In this document: in pieces, positions 56,182 through 64,000 of the stretch | How positions within the stretch are numbered: position 1 is the first letter of the stretch | Layout of the letters: each line of letters opens with the position of its first letter | Source: an uncultured Peptoclostridium sp. | Lineage (GTDB): Bacteria; Bacillota; Clostridia; Peptostreptococcales; Peptostreptococcaceae | Assembly: GCA_965368085.1 (NCBI GenBank) | Contig: CBDULP010000004.1 | Location: forward strand, 25,401 to 89,400 | Reading direction: 5' to 3' | Length of the DNA: 64,000 nt | Notes under the pieces: model-generated | The model's input: only the letters and a program-made list of their open reading frames with translations | Database searches by the model: none | What the model was told of the DNA's origin: nothing | Program-made: the position numbers and the translations under genes

Positions 56182-58272
56182 ATGAAACAAGTAATGATCA
56201 ATCAAATTTTCAATAAGAAAAATCCACTGATTCTAGTCGCTGACGATTCGGCTCTCATACGTTCTACAATACATAATTTTTTGAAAGAGTACGGCTACAG
56301 GGTTATAGAAGCGGAAAATGGAGCTCAGGCTCTATCATTGTTCGAAAGCAAATGTCCAGACCTTGTTCTTATGGATTTTGTGATGCCTCAAATGGACGGG
56401 ATCACCGCATGTTCAAAAATTCAGCAGCTGAAAAACGGTAAAGATACGCCCATCATAATGATAACTTCTATGGATGATGAGCATTCTGTAAACCGTGTAT
56501 TCAATTCAGGAGCTGCCGATTATATAAGCAAGCCCATAAACTGGGCCGTGCTGCACCAGAGAATTACACGCCTTCTCAAGGCCCGTCGCAATGAGATATC
56601 ACTGGGGCAAAGCGAAGCGTTCGCCCTTTCAATAGTAAATCATGCCGTTGAAGGCATAATGACCGTAGACTCAGGCGGCATCATAAAGTTCATAAATCCC
56701 GCCGCTGAAAGCATATTTGGATATAATCAAAGCGAACTCTTGGGTAGCAACATTTGCAATTTAATATCGGGCCTTAAATTCCCCAATATATATTACGAAA
56801 ACATATATGATGGAAACTGTGAATTTTCCGGATATAAAAATACCGGAGATGCAATTCCTTTAGAACTGACCATAAGCAAATTCAACTCATCTGATTCTTC
56901 ACTGTATACAGTGATTTTTAGGGATATAACTGAAAGAAAAAACTATGAAGACATGATAAAGTACAAGGCCTTTTACGATTCTCTTACCGATCTGCCCAAC
57001 AGGCTTCTCCTAAAAGACCGTCTGACACTTGAAATTTCACATGCAAAGCACACAAGTCAAAAGCTTGCCGTAATGTATCTGGACCTTGACAGGTTCAAAC
57101 TCATAAACGACACTCTCGGACATAACATGGGTGATAAAGTCCTAAAACAGATTTCATCAAGACTCAAAAGCTGTGTTCGCCCGGACGACACTGTAGCTCG
57201 AATAGGCGGAGACGAGTTTGTAATACTCCTTCCCGGAATAACTCAGGAGGAGAAAATAGGCAACATAGCGCACAGGGTATTAAATTCCATAAGGGAACCC
57301 ATAGTAATCAATGAGCACGAACTCTACCTCACAATAAGCATAGGCATTACCGTATTTCCAAATGACGGCGAAAACGAGGAAACGCTGCTAACAAACGCCG
57401 ACGTTGCCATGTATCGTGCTAAGGAGAAGGGCAAAAACAACTTCCAGATATATACCCCAGCTTTGAATGCAAAAGCACTTGAAAGGCTGGCTCTTGAAAA
57501 CAGCCTGAGACGCGCACTGGAATACAATGAATTCGTAGTCCACTACCAGCCTAAAGTGGATACTGAAACCGAACAGGTCATAGGAATGGAGGCGCTTGTC
57601 AGGTGGCAGCATCCAAAATGGGGGCTTGTTCCTCCCCAAAAGTTCATTCCTCTTGCAGAAGAGACCGGCCTTATAGTCCCTATCGGTGAATGGGTTTTGC
57701 ACACCGCATGTACGCACACCAAGGCCATACACAACATGGGATTTCAACATATAACAGTTGCCGTAAACCTTTCTGCAGTCCAGTTCGAGCTTCAAAACCT
57801 CACAAAGATGGTGTCACGTGTTTTAGCTGAAACAGGGCTCGATCCGCAGTATCTCGAGCTAGAAATAACAGAAAGCGTTGCGATGCAAAATGTCGATCAC
57901 ACACTCAATATGATAAGCGATTTAAAGGCAATGGGCATAAAATTTGCCATAGATGACTTCGGAACCGGTTATTCATCACTCAGCCAGTTGAGCAATTTTT
58001 CAGTAAACAAACTTAAGATAGACAGGTCATTTGTAAGCAAAATAAACGGCGAAAAGGGCAATTCAATAATACCTTCAACAGTGCTTGCTCTAGGAAAAAG
58101 CCTCGATCTTTCAATAGTGGCTGAGGGTGTGGAAAGCCAGGAGCAGGTCAATTTTCTCAAGGAAAACAAATGCGACGAAATGCAGGGATTCTTTTTTGGA
58201 AAACCAATGCCTATAGAGAATTTCAAAAAGCTATATGCAACAAATTCAAACGCCAATATTCATAAAAAATAA
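56182..58272 (+). CDS. Response-regulator receiver / PAS / GGDEF / EAL protein (c-di-GMP turnover)
   Basis: REC (LVLMDFVMPQMDG), PAS (SIVNHAVEGIMTVD ... FRDITERK), GGDEF (RIGGDEFVILL) and EAL (MEALVRWQHP ... DDFGTGYSSL ... KIDRSF ... AEGVE ... QG). Confidence 0.92.
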   Translation: MKQVMINQIFNKKNPLILVADDSALIRSTIHNFLKEYGYRVIEAENGAQALSLFESKCPDLVLMDFVMPQMDGITACSKIQQLKNGKDTPIIMITSMDDEHSVNRVFNSGAADYISKPINWAVLHQRITRLLKARRNEISLGQSEAFALSIVNHAVEGIMTVDSGGIIKFINPAAESIFGYNQSELLGSNICNLISGLKFPNIYYENIYDGNCEFSGYKNTGDAIPLELTISKFNSSDSSLYTVIFRDITERKNYEDMIKYKAFYDSLTDLPNRLLLKDRLTLEISHAKHTSQKLAVMYLDLDRFKLINDTLGHNMGDKVLKQISSRLKSCVRPDDTVARIGGDEFVILLPGITQEEKIGNIAHRVLNSIREPIVINEHELYLTISIGITVFPNDGENEETLLTNADVAMYRAKEKGKNNFQIYTPALNAKALERLALENSLRRALEYNEFVVHYQPKVDTETEQVIGMEALVRWQHPKWGLVPPQKFIPLAEETGLIVPIGEWVLHTACTHTKAIHNMGFQHITVAVNLSAVQFELQNLTKMVSRVLAETGLDPQYLELEITESVAMQNVDHTLNMISDLKAMGIKFAIDDFGTGYSSLSQLSNFSVNKLKIDRSFVSKINGEKGNSIIPSTVLALGKSLDLSIVAEGVESQEQVNFLKENKCDEMQGFFFGKPMPIENFKKLYATNSNANIHKK

Positions 58273-58306
58273 AACCAAGCCGCCATTGCAATGGCGGCTT
58301 GGTTTT
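58272..58306. terminator. Bidirectional intrinsic terminator
   Basis: AACCAAGCCGCCAT-TGCA-ATGGCGGCTTGGTT is a perfect 14-bp stem, flanked by AAAA and TTTT. Confidence 0.8.
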
Positions 58307-58366
58307 ATTCTGACATCCGATTCATTTGTTTACATATACTGCTTTTTCAGATCTGATTCCTAAGTA

Positions 58367-58909
58367 TTATTTTACAATCTGGGATATTCCCTTAAACTCC
58401 GCAGCCCTTGCATCCCTGCACAGTTCGAACAGTATTGACTCATATGTCGTTATTATAGCGCCCTCTTGCCTCATCCTTTCAACAGCTATCTTCTTGTCGT
58501 TTTCTTTTCTTGATGATATGCAGTCTTCCACAACTACCGGTATATATCCACGGCTTAGAAGATCCACAGCCGTTTGAAGTACACATATATGTGATTCTAT
58601 ACCGGCCAGTATCACATATTTCTTTCCCATGTCATCTATCTGCTTCGCTATGTGGTCTGCATCACAGCAGCTGAAAGTCATTTTTTCCATGGCCTCTATC
58701 TCTTCTACAGCCGTTCTTATGGGCTCTACGGTCTCTCCCAGGCCCTTTTTATACTGCTCAGTCATAAGCATTGGTATGTCAAGTATTTTAAGCCCCTTTA
58801 CAAGTATCTCCATATTTTCTATGAGCTCGTGGTTATAAATCATGTGGGGAATGAATTTTTCCTGTATGTCTATTATCATTGCTACAGTTTTTTCTCTAAG
58901 AACTCTCAT
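58367..58909 (-). CDS. Isochorismatase-family cysteine hydrolase
   Basis: VAMIIDIQEKF (Asp), a conserved Lys region, and AGIESHICVLQTAVDL (catalytic Cys) fit the family layout. Confidence 0.8.
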   Translation of the reverse strand: MRVLREKTVAMIIDIQEKFIPHMIYNHELIENMEILVKGLKILDIPMLMTEQYKKGLGETVEPIRTAVEEIEAMEKMTFSCCDADHIAKQIDDMGKKYVILAGIESHICVLQTAVDLLSRGYIPVVVEDCISSRKENDKKIAVERMRQEGAIITTYESILFELCRDARAAEFKGISQIVK

Positions 58910-58999
58910 AATATCCTCCTGATTTTAAACTTTTTATTTATTCAATTCTATGATAGATACCCAGAATAATCTGTTTTGAACTTTTAATTTCACCTCACA

Positions 59000-60382
59000 C
59001 TATTGCAAGGGCAATATCAATTTTATGCTTGCTCCCGAAAGGCCGCTTCTTGATATTTCTATTCTTCCACCGTGAAGATTTGCAATCTCATCGCTTATCG
59101 AAAGCCCCAAACCGCTTCCGGGCATGTTTGGATTTCCCTTGTAGAACTTCTCCTTGACCTTTTCCACATCATCGCAATCTATTCCAAGCCCGTCGTCTTC
59201 AACGCATATACAGGCATAAGACTCTTCAATCCAGGCACTCACATGTATTTTGCTTTTTCCGAATTTTATGGCATTTTCCAAAAAATTTATGACAACCTGC
59301 TTTATCCTGTCTCTGTCACAGTTTACATTCAATGTGTTTTTTTCAAATCCGCATGTTATGGACATTCCATTTGACTGTGCCTTTGACCAAAACTGCCTTA
59401 CCGTATCAGTGCAAAGATGAATTATATCCACATTTCCCCTTTTCAGGGACATTTTTTTAGAATTGAATCGCGAAAAATCGAGAAGCTCCTCGACCAGCTT
59501 TATAAGCCGGTCTGTTTCAGACGATATTATTTGAAGGCCCTCCCTAGTTTCCTCTTCGTCATCCATATCCCCGCTGAGTATTGTCTCGCTCCATCCCTTT
59601 ATGGACGTCAGCGGAGTCCTTATCTCATGTGATATTGACGATATGAATTCGTTTTTTACGCTGTTGCTTTTTACTATTTCATCTGCCATATAATTGAGCG
59701 TTTCAGCAAGTTCGCCAATTTCATTATCATTTTTTATATCGGCCCTAAGGCTGAAATCTCCACCTGCCATTTTCTCAGATATTTCCCTGAGGCTTTTTAT
59801 TGGTCTTGTTATCCCCTTTCCGAGCATCAGGCTTACAACAAGCGCTGCTATAAATGCCGCAATGCCTACAAGAGCGATTCTTATTATCAATGCTTTTACC
59901 GTTTTGTCAACATCCTCCATTGAAGTTATATATCTCACGGCTCCAGTAATTTCCTCTGCATAGTAAAGCGGCGCTGATACTGATATAACCCGCTCTGAAG
60001 TTCTTGTATTTTCCCCAATCCATGAACCTATGCCTTCCCGTTCAATCACATCCCTGAAGTCTGGAGTGTCCACATATTCATTTGAATAAAATCCACTTGA
60101 AGACTCAAGGACATTCCCATTTTTATCTATTATCTGCATCTCAAGGTATTCATCCAGCGAGAAGTTCTCCATCATGTATTTGGCCTTGTCCTCAAGCCTT
60201 TCATATTTCATATATGTGTTGTAAAATTCCGAGGATACATGAGCCCTGTTTGAAAGCGACTGTATTATATTCCCGTGATAGTATTGTATTATACCGGCGC
60301 AAAACATGACTTGAAATATACCTATTGTCAAAATGCTCACCAGCGCATAGCTAAGCATGAGCTTTTTCCTTATCCCCTTCAA
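59000..60382 (-). CDS. Sensor histidine kinase (extracytoplasmic sensor, HAMP, HisKA, HATPase_c)
   Basis: H-box SHEIRTPLTSI, N-box FLENAIKF, G-boxes DDGLGI and GSGLGLSI. It overlaps the regulator gene by 4 nt. Confidence 0.9.
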   Translation of the reverse strand: MKGIRKKLMLSYALVSILTIGIFQVMFCAGIIQYYHGNIIQSLSNRAHVSSEFYNTYMKYERLEDKAKYMMENFSLDEYLEMQIIDKNGNVLESSSGFYSNEYVDTPDFRDVIEREGIGSWIGENTRTSERVISVSAPLYYAEEITGAVRYITSMEDVDKTVKALIIRIALVGIAAFIAALVVSLMLGKGITRPIKSLREISEKMAGGDFSLRADIKNDNEIGELAETLNYMADEIVKSNSVKNEFISSISHEIRTPLTSIKGWSETILSGDMDDEEETREGLQIISSETDRLIKLVEELLDFSRFNSKKMSLKRGNVDIIHLCTDTVRQFWSKAQSNGMSITCGFEKNTLNVNCDRDRIKQVVINFLENAIKFGKSKIHVSAWIEESYACICVEDDGLGIDCDDVEKVKEKFYKGNPNMPGSGLGLSISDEIANLHGGRIEISRSGLSGASIKLILPLQ

Positions 60383-61080
60383 GCCTTTTCCTCCTCACTC
60401 CATCTGTATCCATATCCCCAAAGGGTTTCTATATGCCTTGGCTGTGACGGCTCGTCCTCTATTTTACTTCTAAGCCTTCTTATGTTTACGCTGACTATCT
60501 TCATGTCGCCTATATAATTTTCTCCCCATATTGCATCCAGTATATGGTCCTTGCTTATGTTTTTGCCCTCGCTCTTCATGAAAAGCTCAAGTATTGAAAA
60601 TTCCGTAGGTGTTATTTCTATTTCCATGCCCGACTTGAAAAGCCTTCGCTCTTCCATGTCCAGTACAAAGGGTCCCGACTCCAGCCTCCTCTCAACCTGT
60701 TTTTCCCTGTCTCCAACTCTTCTCAAGAGAGCATTTATTCTGGCTATGAGTTCGCTGGGACTGAAAGGCTTGGTCACATAGTCATCTGCTCCTATGTCAA
60801 ACCCCTCTATCTTGTCTTCTTCCTGCGATTTTGCCGTAAGCATTATTATTCCGATTTCCCCGTCAATACTCCTTATGGCAGAACAGACCTCAAATCCACT
60901 TATACCTGGAAGCATCACATCTAAAACCGCTACGCTTATATCCCTGTTTTTTTCAAACAGCTGTAGTGCTTCCTCCCCACTTGATGCTTCTATCACTTCA
61001 AATCCTTTTCTTTTCAGGTTTATTCTTATAAAGCTTCTTATTGGCCTTTCGTCTTCGAGAAGCAGTATTTTCACAGGCAT
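60379..61080 (-). CDS. OmpR-family response regulator
   Basis: VAVLDVMLPGISG receiver motif and the IVSVNIRRLRSKIE ... GYGYRW winged helix. Confidence 0.9.
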   Translation of the reverse strand: MPVKILLLEDERPIRSFIRINLKRKGFEVIEASSGEEALQLFEKNRDISVAVLDVMLPGISGFEVCSAIRSIDGEIGIIMLTAKSQEEDKIEGFDIGADDYVTKPFSPSELIARINALLRRVGDREKQVERRLESGPFVLDMEERRLFKSGMEIEITPTEFSILELFMKSEGKNISKDHILDAIWGENYIGDMKIVSVNIRRLRSKIEDEPSQPRHIETLWGYGYRWSEEEKA

Positions 61081-61097
61081 AGACTTTTCATCCCCCT

Positions 61098-62501
61098 TTA
61101 TCTCAGTATCTTGAAATTGTCAAAAATTTCATCCCTGGTCATAACCATCTTTCTGTATTCCCGATCGGCTCCTTTTGATATTCCACTGTCCTTATAGTCC
61201 AGCCTGATAATATATTTTTTTCCGTATCTTTCGCCAATGTCTATAAATCTGCTTGCATCTCGATATACACTTTCATCATACTCCGACTCCATATCAAGTG
61301 CCATAATGGTATATAATGGGATACTTTTTTTCAGGCCTTCTCCGATATACCTTATAGTTACCCAGCTCGGGTTTTCCCCGAATCCGGATCTTTCGATGGT
61401 CATACTGCCGTTCCACCTCTTTGGAAATAGTATTTCATATCCTTGGGCGGCATTCAAAAAGCTCTCCCTCGAAGCTGTAAGGCCGCTGCCTCCATCCCAT
61501 TTGTACCATCCCCTTATCCATGGAATTGATATTTTGGGCGAGTCTTCATATCCCGAAGGCCTTATGAGTTTTCCTATTTCAATTATCCCATCTTTGTCGA
61601 TGTCACTGCTTTTGATCTCATATGTCTTAAGTGTCTCTTCATACACTTCATCAAACTGCGCATACTCCGTATACAATTTTTTCGCAAAAACCATTTCAAG
61701 CTTTGAACTTTCTACGAGCAGCACTTCTGTTGCAAAAGAATCTCCCAAATGTCCAAAGTCAATAAACACTCCCTTTTTACCTGTAGAAAGTTTTCCCGAT
61801 TTCACAGAATAGAAGCTGCCCATATGGCTGCCAAAGTCCAGCTTCAAACTGTCTATTTTATCCACGGACTTATTCGTGTATCTAAAAAGCTGTGCGTAAG
61901 CGCCCTCTTCGCCATATGGCCCCTGCAAATTAAGTAGCACTATCTCAAACAATCCATCCCTGTCCAGATTGTCTATGGCCAGCTCGTTGTATCCACGCGA
62001 GAATATCTTTTCAAGCCTTGTGTTGTTGAATCTGTATATGTGAAGTTCCCTGTACTTTTCGTCGTTTATATCGGTTTCCCAGCCTATTTGTATTTCGGAC
62101 AGGCCGTCATAATCCATGTCTATAAAGCTGACATAGTCTATTCCGTCTCCCGGAGCCTCTATGTCCGTAACTTTTTTAAGTATCCCTTTGTCCTGGCTTA
62201 TTACAACCATGCCGTACCTCGGATGCTCCCTGTATTTATAAAATGCTATTATTTCATCTGTTCCGTCAGCATTTATGTCTACAAAATTTATAGCCGCCAG
62301 TTTTTCCACTTCCAATGGTGCCGACAAAACGCATTCCTCCGGGATGGTATTCGAGATGAATTTTCTTATCTTTTCATGTCCGCTGCTCAGACGAGGGGGC
62401 TTCATGAGCTCCTTCGGCTCTTTAAGCAAGACATCGCCGCATCCTGAAAATACTAATACAACTAAAATGACAATGGACATAAGCCTTCTGTTCATATTCA
62501 A
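61098..62501 (-). CDS. Lipoprotein with FG-GAP/VCBS-like calcium-binding repeats
   Basis: Lipobox VFSGCG, and repeated DxDxDG-type loops: DINADGTDEIIAF, DMDYDGLSEIQIG, DRDGLFEIVL, DIDKDGIIEIG. Confidence 0.55.
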   Translation of the reverse strand: MNMNRRLMSIVILVVLVFSGCGDVLLKEPKELMKPPRLSSGHEKIRKFISNTIPEECVLSAPLEVEKLAAINFVDINADGTDEIIAFYKYREHPRYGMVVISQDKGILKKVTDIEAPGDGIDYVSFIDMDYDGLSEIQIGWETDINDEKYRELHIYRFNNTRLEKIFSRGYNELAIDNLDRDGLFEIVLLNLQGPYGEEGAYAQLFRYTNKSVDKIDSLKLDFGSHMGSFYSVKSGKLSTGKKGVFIDFGHLGDSFATEVLLVESSKLEMVFAKKLYTEYAQFDEVYEETLKTYEIKSSDIDKDGIIEIGKLIRPSGYEDSPKISIPWIRGWYKWDGGSGLTASRESFLNAAQGYEILFPKRWNGSMTIERSGFGENPSWVTIRYIGEGLKKSIPLYTIMALDMESEYDESVYRDASRFIDIGERYGKKYIIRLDYKDSGISKGADREYRKMVMTRDEIFDNFKILR

Positions 62502-62743
62502 TATTGCATCTCCTTTTTATCATTCATGGTTTTAATTGTTTTTCATTGAATTTTATGATTCCAAAATAATTAATCCGTAGCCTAAAAATTTTAAATTCCA
62601 TCAGAAACTATACAACCATATGACTCTGTATATCTATTATAATAAACTATTTTATCTGACTATTGCTTACAAATTTATTACATTTGAAGCAATTACATAT
62701 TATTTATGATAAAATGTTTTATATAAACTTTTAAAAACAAAAT

Positions 62744-62980
62744 ATGTCTAGCAATAAGCTGGATTTCCATAAAGGAGTGTGGATTGTGGAAGATTTCGAA
62801 AAAATATCTATTGAACAAATTTCAAAAAAAGAATTACTTCTTATTCTCAAGTCTCTTGAATTCACTTTTGAAAAGACTGGCATTGATGAGTTTATGAACC
62901 TTAGAAGCAACATACTTGACGAGCTTTGTTTTCTGACTGAATCTTCATCCGAAGATTTCATGAAATTCCTAGAAAAATAG
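62744..62980 (+). CDS. Small hypothetical protein
   Basis: 78-codon ORF. An alternative GTG start follows AAAGGAG near 62786. It is followed by a strong terminator. No motif recognised. Confidence 0.35.
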   Translation: MSSNKLDFHKGVWIVEDFEKISIEQISKKELLLILKSLEFTFEKTGIDEFMNLRSNILDELCFLTESSSEDFMKFLEK

Positions 62981-63018
62981 ACATCACAAGTGTAAACTGT
63001 TTTTTGTTGCATATAAAT

Positions 63019-63048
63019 AGGGGCTCAATGGAGCCCCTACTTTTTTTT
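63019..63048. terminator. Bidirectional intrinsic terminator between convergent genes
   Basis: AGGGGCTC-AATG-GAGCCCCT followed by AC plus T8. The stop codon of the minus-strand gene lies inside the 3' arm. Confidence 0.75.
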
Positions 63049-63972
63049 GAATTTGAATACATATTTTCCCATTTTAGATTTTATTTGAATGTTCAACACG
63101 TCATCTGACATGAACATATCTTCTGCTGTCACTTTTCCCATTATTGGATCTGCAAAGGTTTCTCCCTTTTTAAGTCGCACAAGGTTTCTGGGGTCGCATT
63201 TTTCCTGAAGACATTCTTTCCCTATTGAATATTCCCTGAGCTTCAATATATAGTCCGCCATGCTGCTCAGGAATTTCCAATTGTCTATGCCCAAATTCAA
63301 CGGATCTTCTTCTATATTTACGCCGGCCGCCCCCATAAGCGCTTTTTTAACACTCAAAAGTTCGCTGTCGCTTTCTTCATAGTCCTGTATGAATATCTGA
63401 TAAAACACTCTCAATAGTCCGTCTACAGGATTTTTTTCGCTCATGCCTTCAATATCCCCTCTAAGGAGCCGGTCAATCTTTTGCATTGAATATATCCTGG
63501 CCTTTTCAGAATTTATTATGTCCATGCTACCTTCACATTCAAAACTTATGTCGGCCACTTCATTCTTAAGATATTCTGCCAGCTCTTCTATTTCTACACC
63601 CGGCTTTTGGAGTATTTTATGATATGAATGGCTCAGCAGCATTGCCGAGATCATGTTCTCATGCTTTGATCCAAAGACAGCATTAGCCGAGATGCTCATG
63701 GCTTTTACCGCCTCGATGGCTGATGCCTTTTTACTTTTATTTGATGCTATCACAGAAATAATAGGGGCAAGTCCGTATATGCCCCTATTATGATTTTCAA
63801 AATAGTATCTATAGTATAAAAGCTCGCATTTAAGCCTTTTTTCGTCTATTCGCACAGCCTTTCCCTCTTTGTCATCCGCAAGGGATTTCGCGTTTAATAC
63901 TATAAGATTTCTTATATTCGCATCACTCGTCAAAAAAGAATACATTATTGAATTTCTTATTCTTTTTTCCAT
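63037..63972 (-). CDS. Hypothetical protein
   Basis: 311-aa uninterrupted ORF, mostly helical by composition. No motif recognised. Confidence 0.5.
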   Translation of the reverse strand: MEKRIRNSIMYSFLTSDANIRNLIVLNAKSLADDKEGKAVRIDEKRLKCELLYYRYYFENHNRGIYGLAPIISVIASNKSKKASAIEAVKAMSISANAVFGSKHENMISAMLLSHSYHKILQKPGVEIEELAEYLKNEVADISFECEGSMDIINSEKARIYSMQKIDRLLRGDIEGMSEKNPVDGLLRVFYQIFIQDYEESDSELLSVKKALMGAAGVNIEEDPLNLGIDNWKFLSSMADYILKLREYSIGKECLQEKCDPRNLVRLKKGETFADPIMGKVTAEDMFMSDDVLNIQIKSKMGKYVFKFKKK

Positions 63973-64000
63973 TTCGCGCCTCTACATTCTCTCAGGAGAT

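Overview
This window is from a low-GC Firmicutes (Clostridia-like) chromosome and is densely coding. All calls rest on hand reading of the sequence and ORF track; no searches or folding were run.

**1-19.3 kb (mostly minus strand)**
- A partial CocE/NonD hydrolase.
- A CUT1 sugar ABC operon that also carries a HlyD-adaptor/MacB-like pair and a solute-binding-protein fusion lipoprotein.
- Two small lipoproteins.
- A Bce-type peptide-antibiotic ABC module with two two-component systems and a TraX-like gene.
- A GH73 glucosaminidase.

**20.2-24.9 kb**
- Three MtaA-like (URO-D family) zinc methyltransferases plus a RACo-type corrinoid activator.
- No corrinoid protein is present.

**25.1-47.3 kb: integrative island at tRNA-Pro(GGG)**
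- The last 45 nt of the tRNA (25171-25215) recur exactly at 47296-47340, delimiting an island of about 22.1 kb.
- Defence cargo: Thoeris thsA/thsB; a tightly overlapping four-gene operon I cannot assign to any named system (TerB-like, CxxCxxCC cluster protein, two glycine-zipper proteins, one with an Mrr-like N-terminus); and an SNF2 / DUF4391 / Mod / Res type III-like restriction operon.
- Backbone: BRO antirepressor cassette flanked by gene remnants, ERCC4 nuclease, RepA_N initiator, XRE and excisionase-like regulators, tyrosine integrase.

**47.3-64 kb**
- A PEP-utilising enzyme.
- A polar amino-acid ABC transporter preceded by a 35-codon uORF with six consecutive Cys codons and an intrinsic terminator.
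- An LRR surface protein preceded by a GEMM-I (c-di-GMP) riboswitch.
- DUF1846, a REC-PAS-GGDEF-EAL protein, an isochorismatase, a two-component system with an FG-GAP-like lipoprotein, and two hypotheticals.

The strongest candidates for something undescribed are the four-gene operon at 27666-30873 and the polycysteine leader at 49983-50185.
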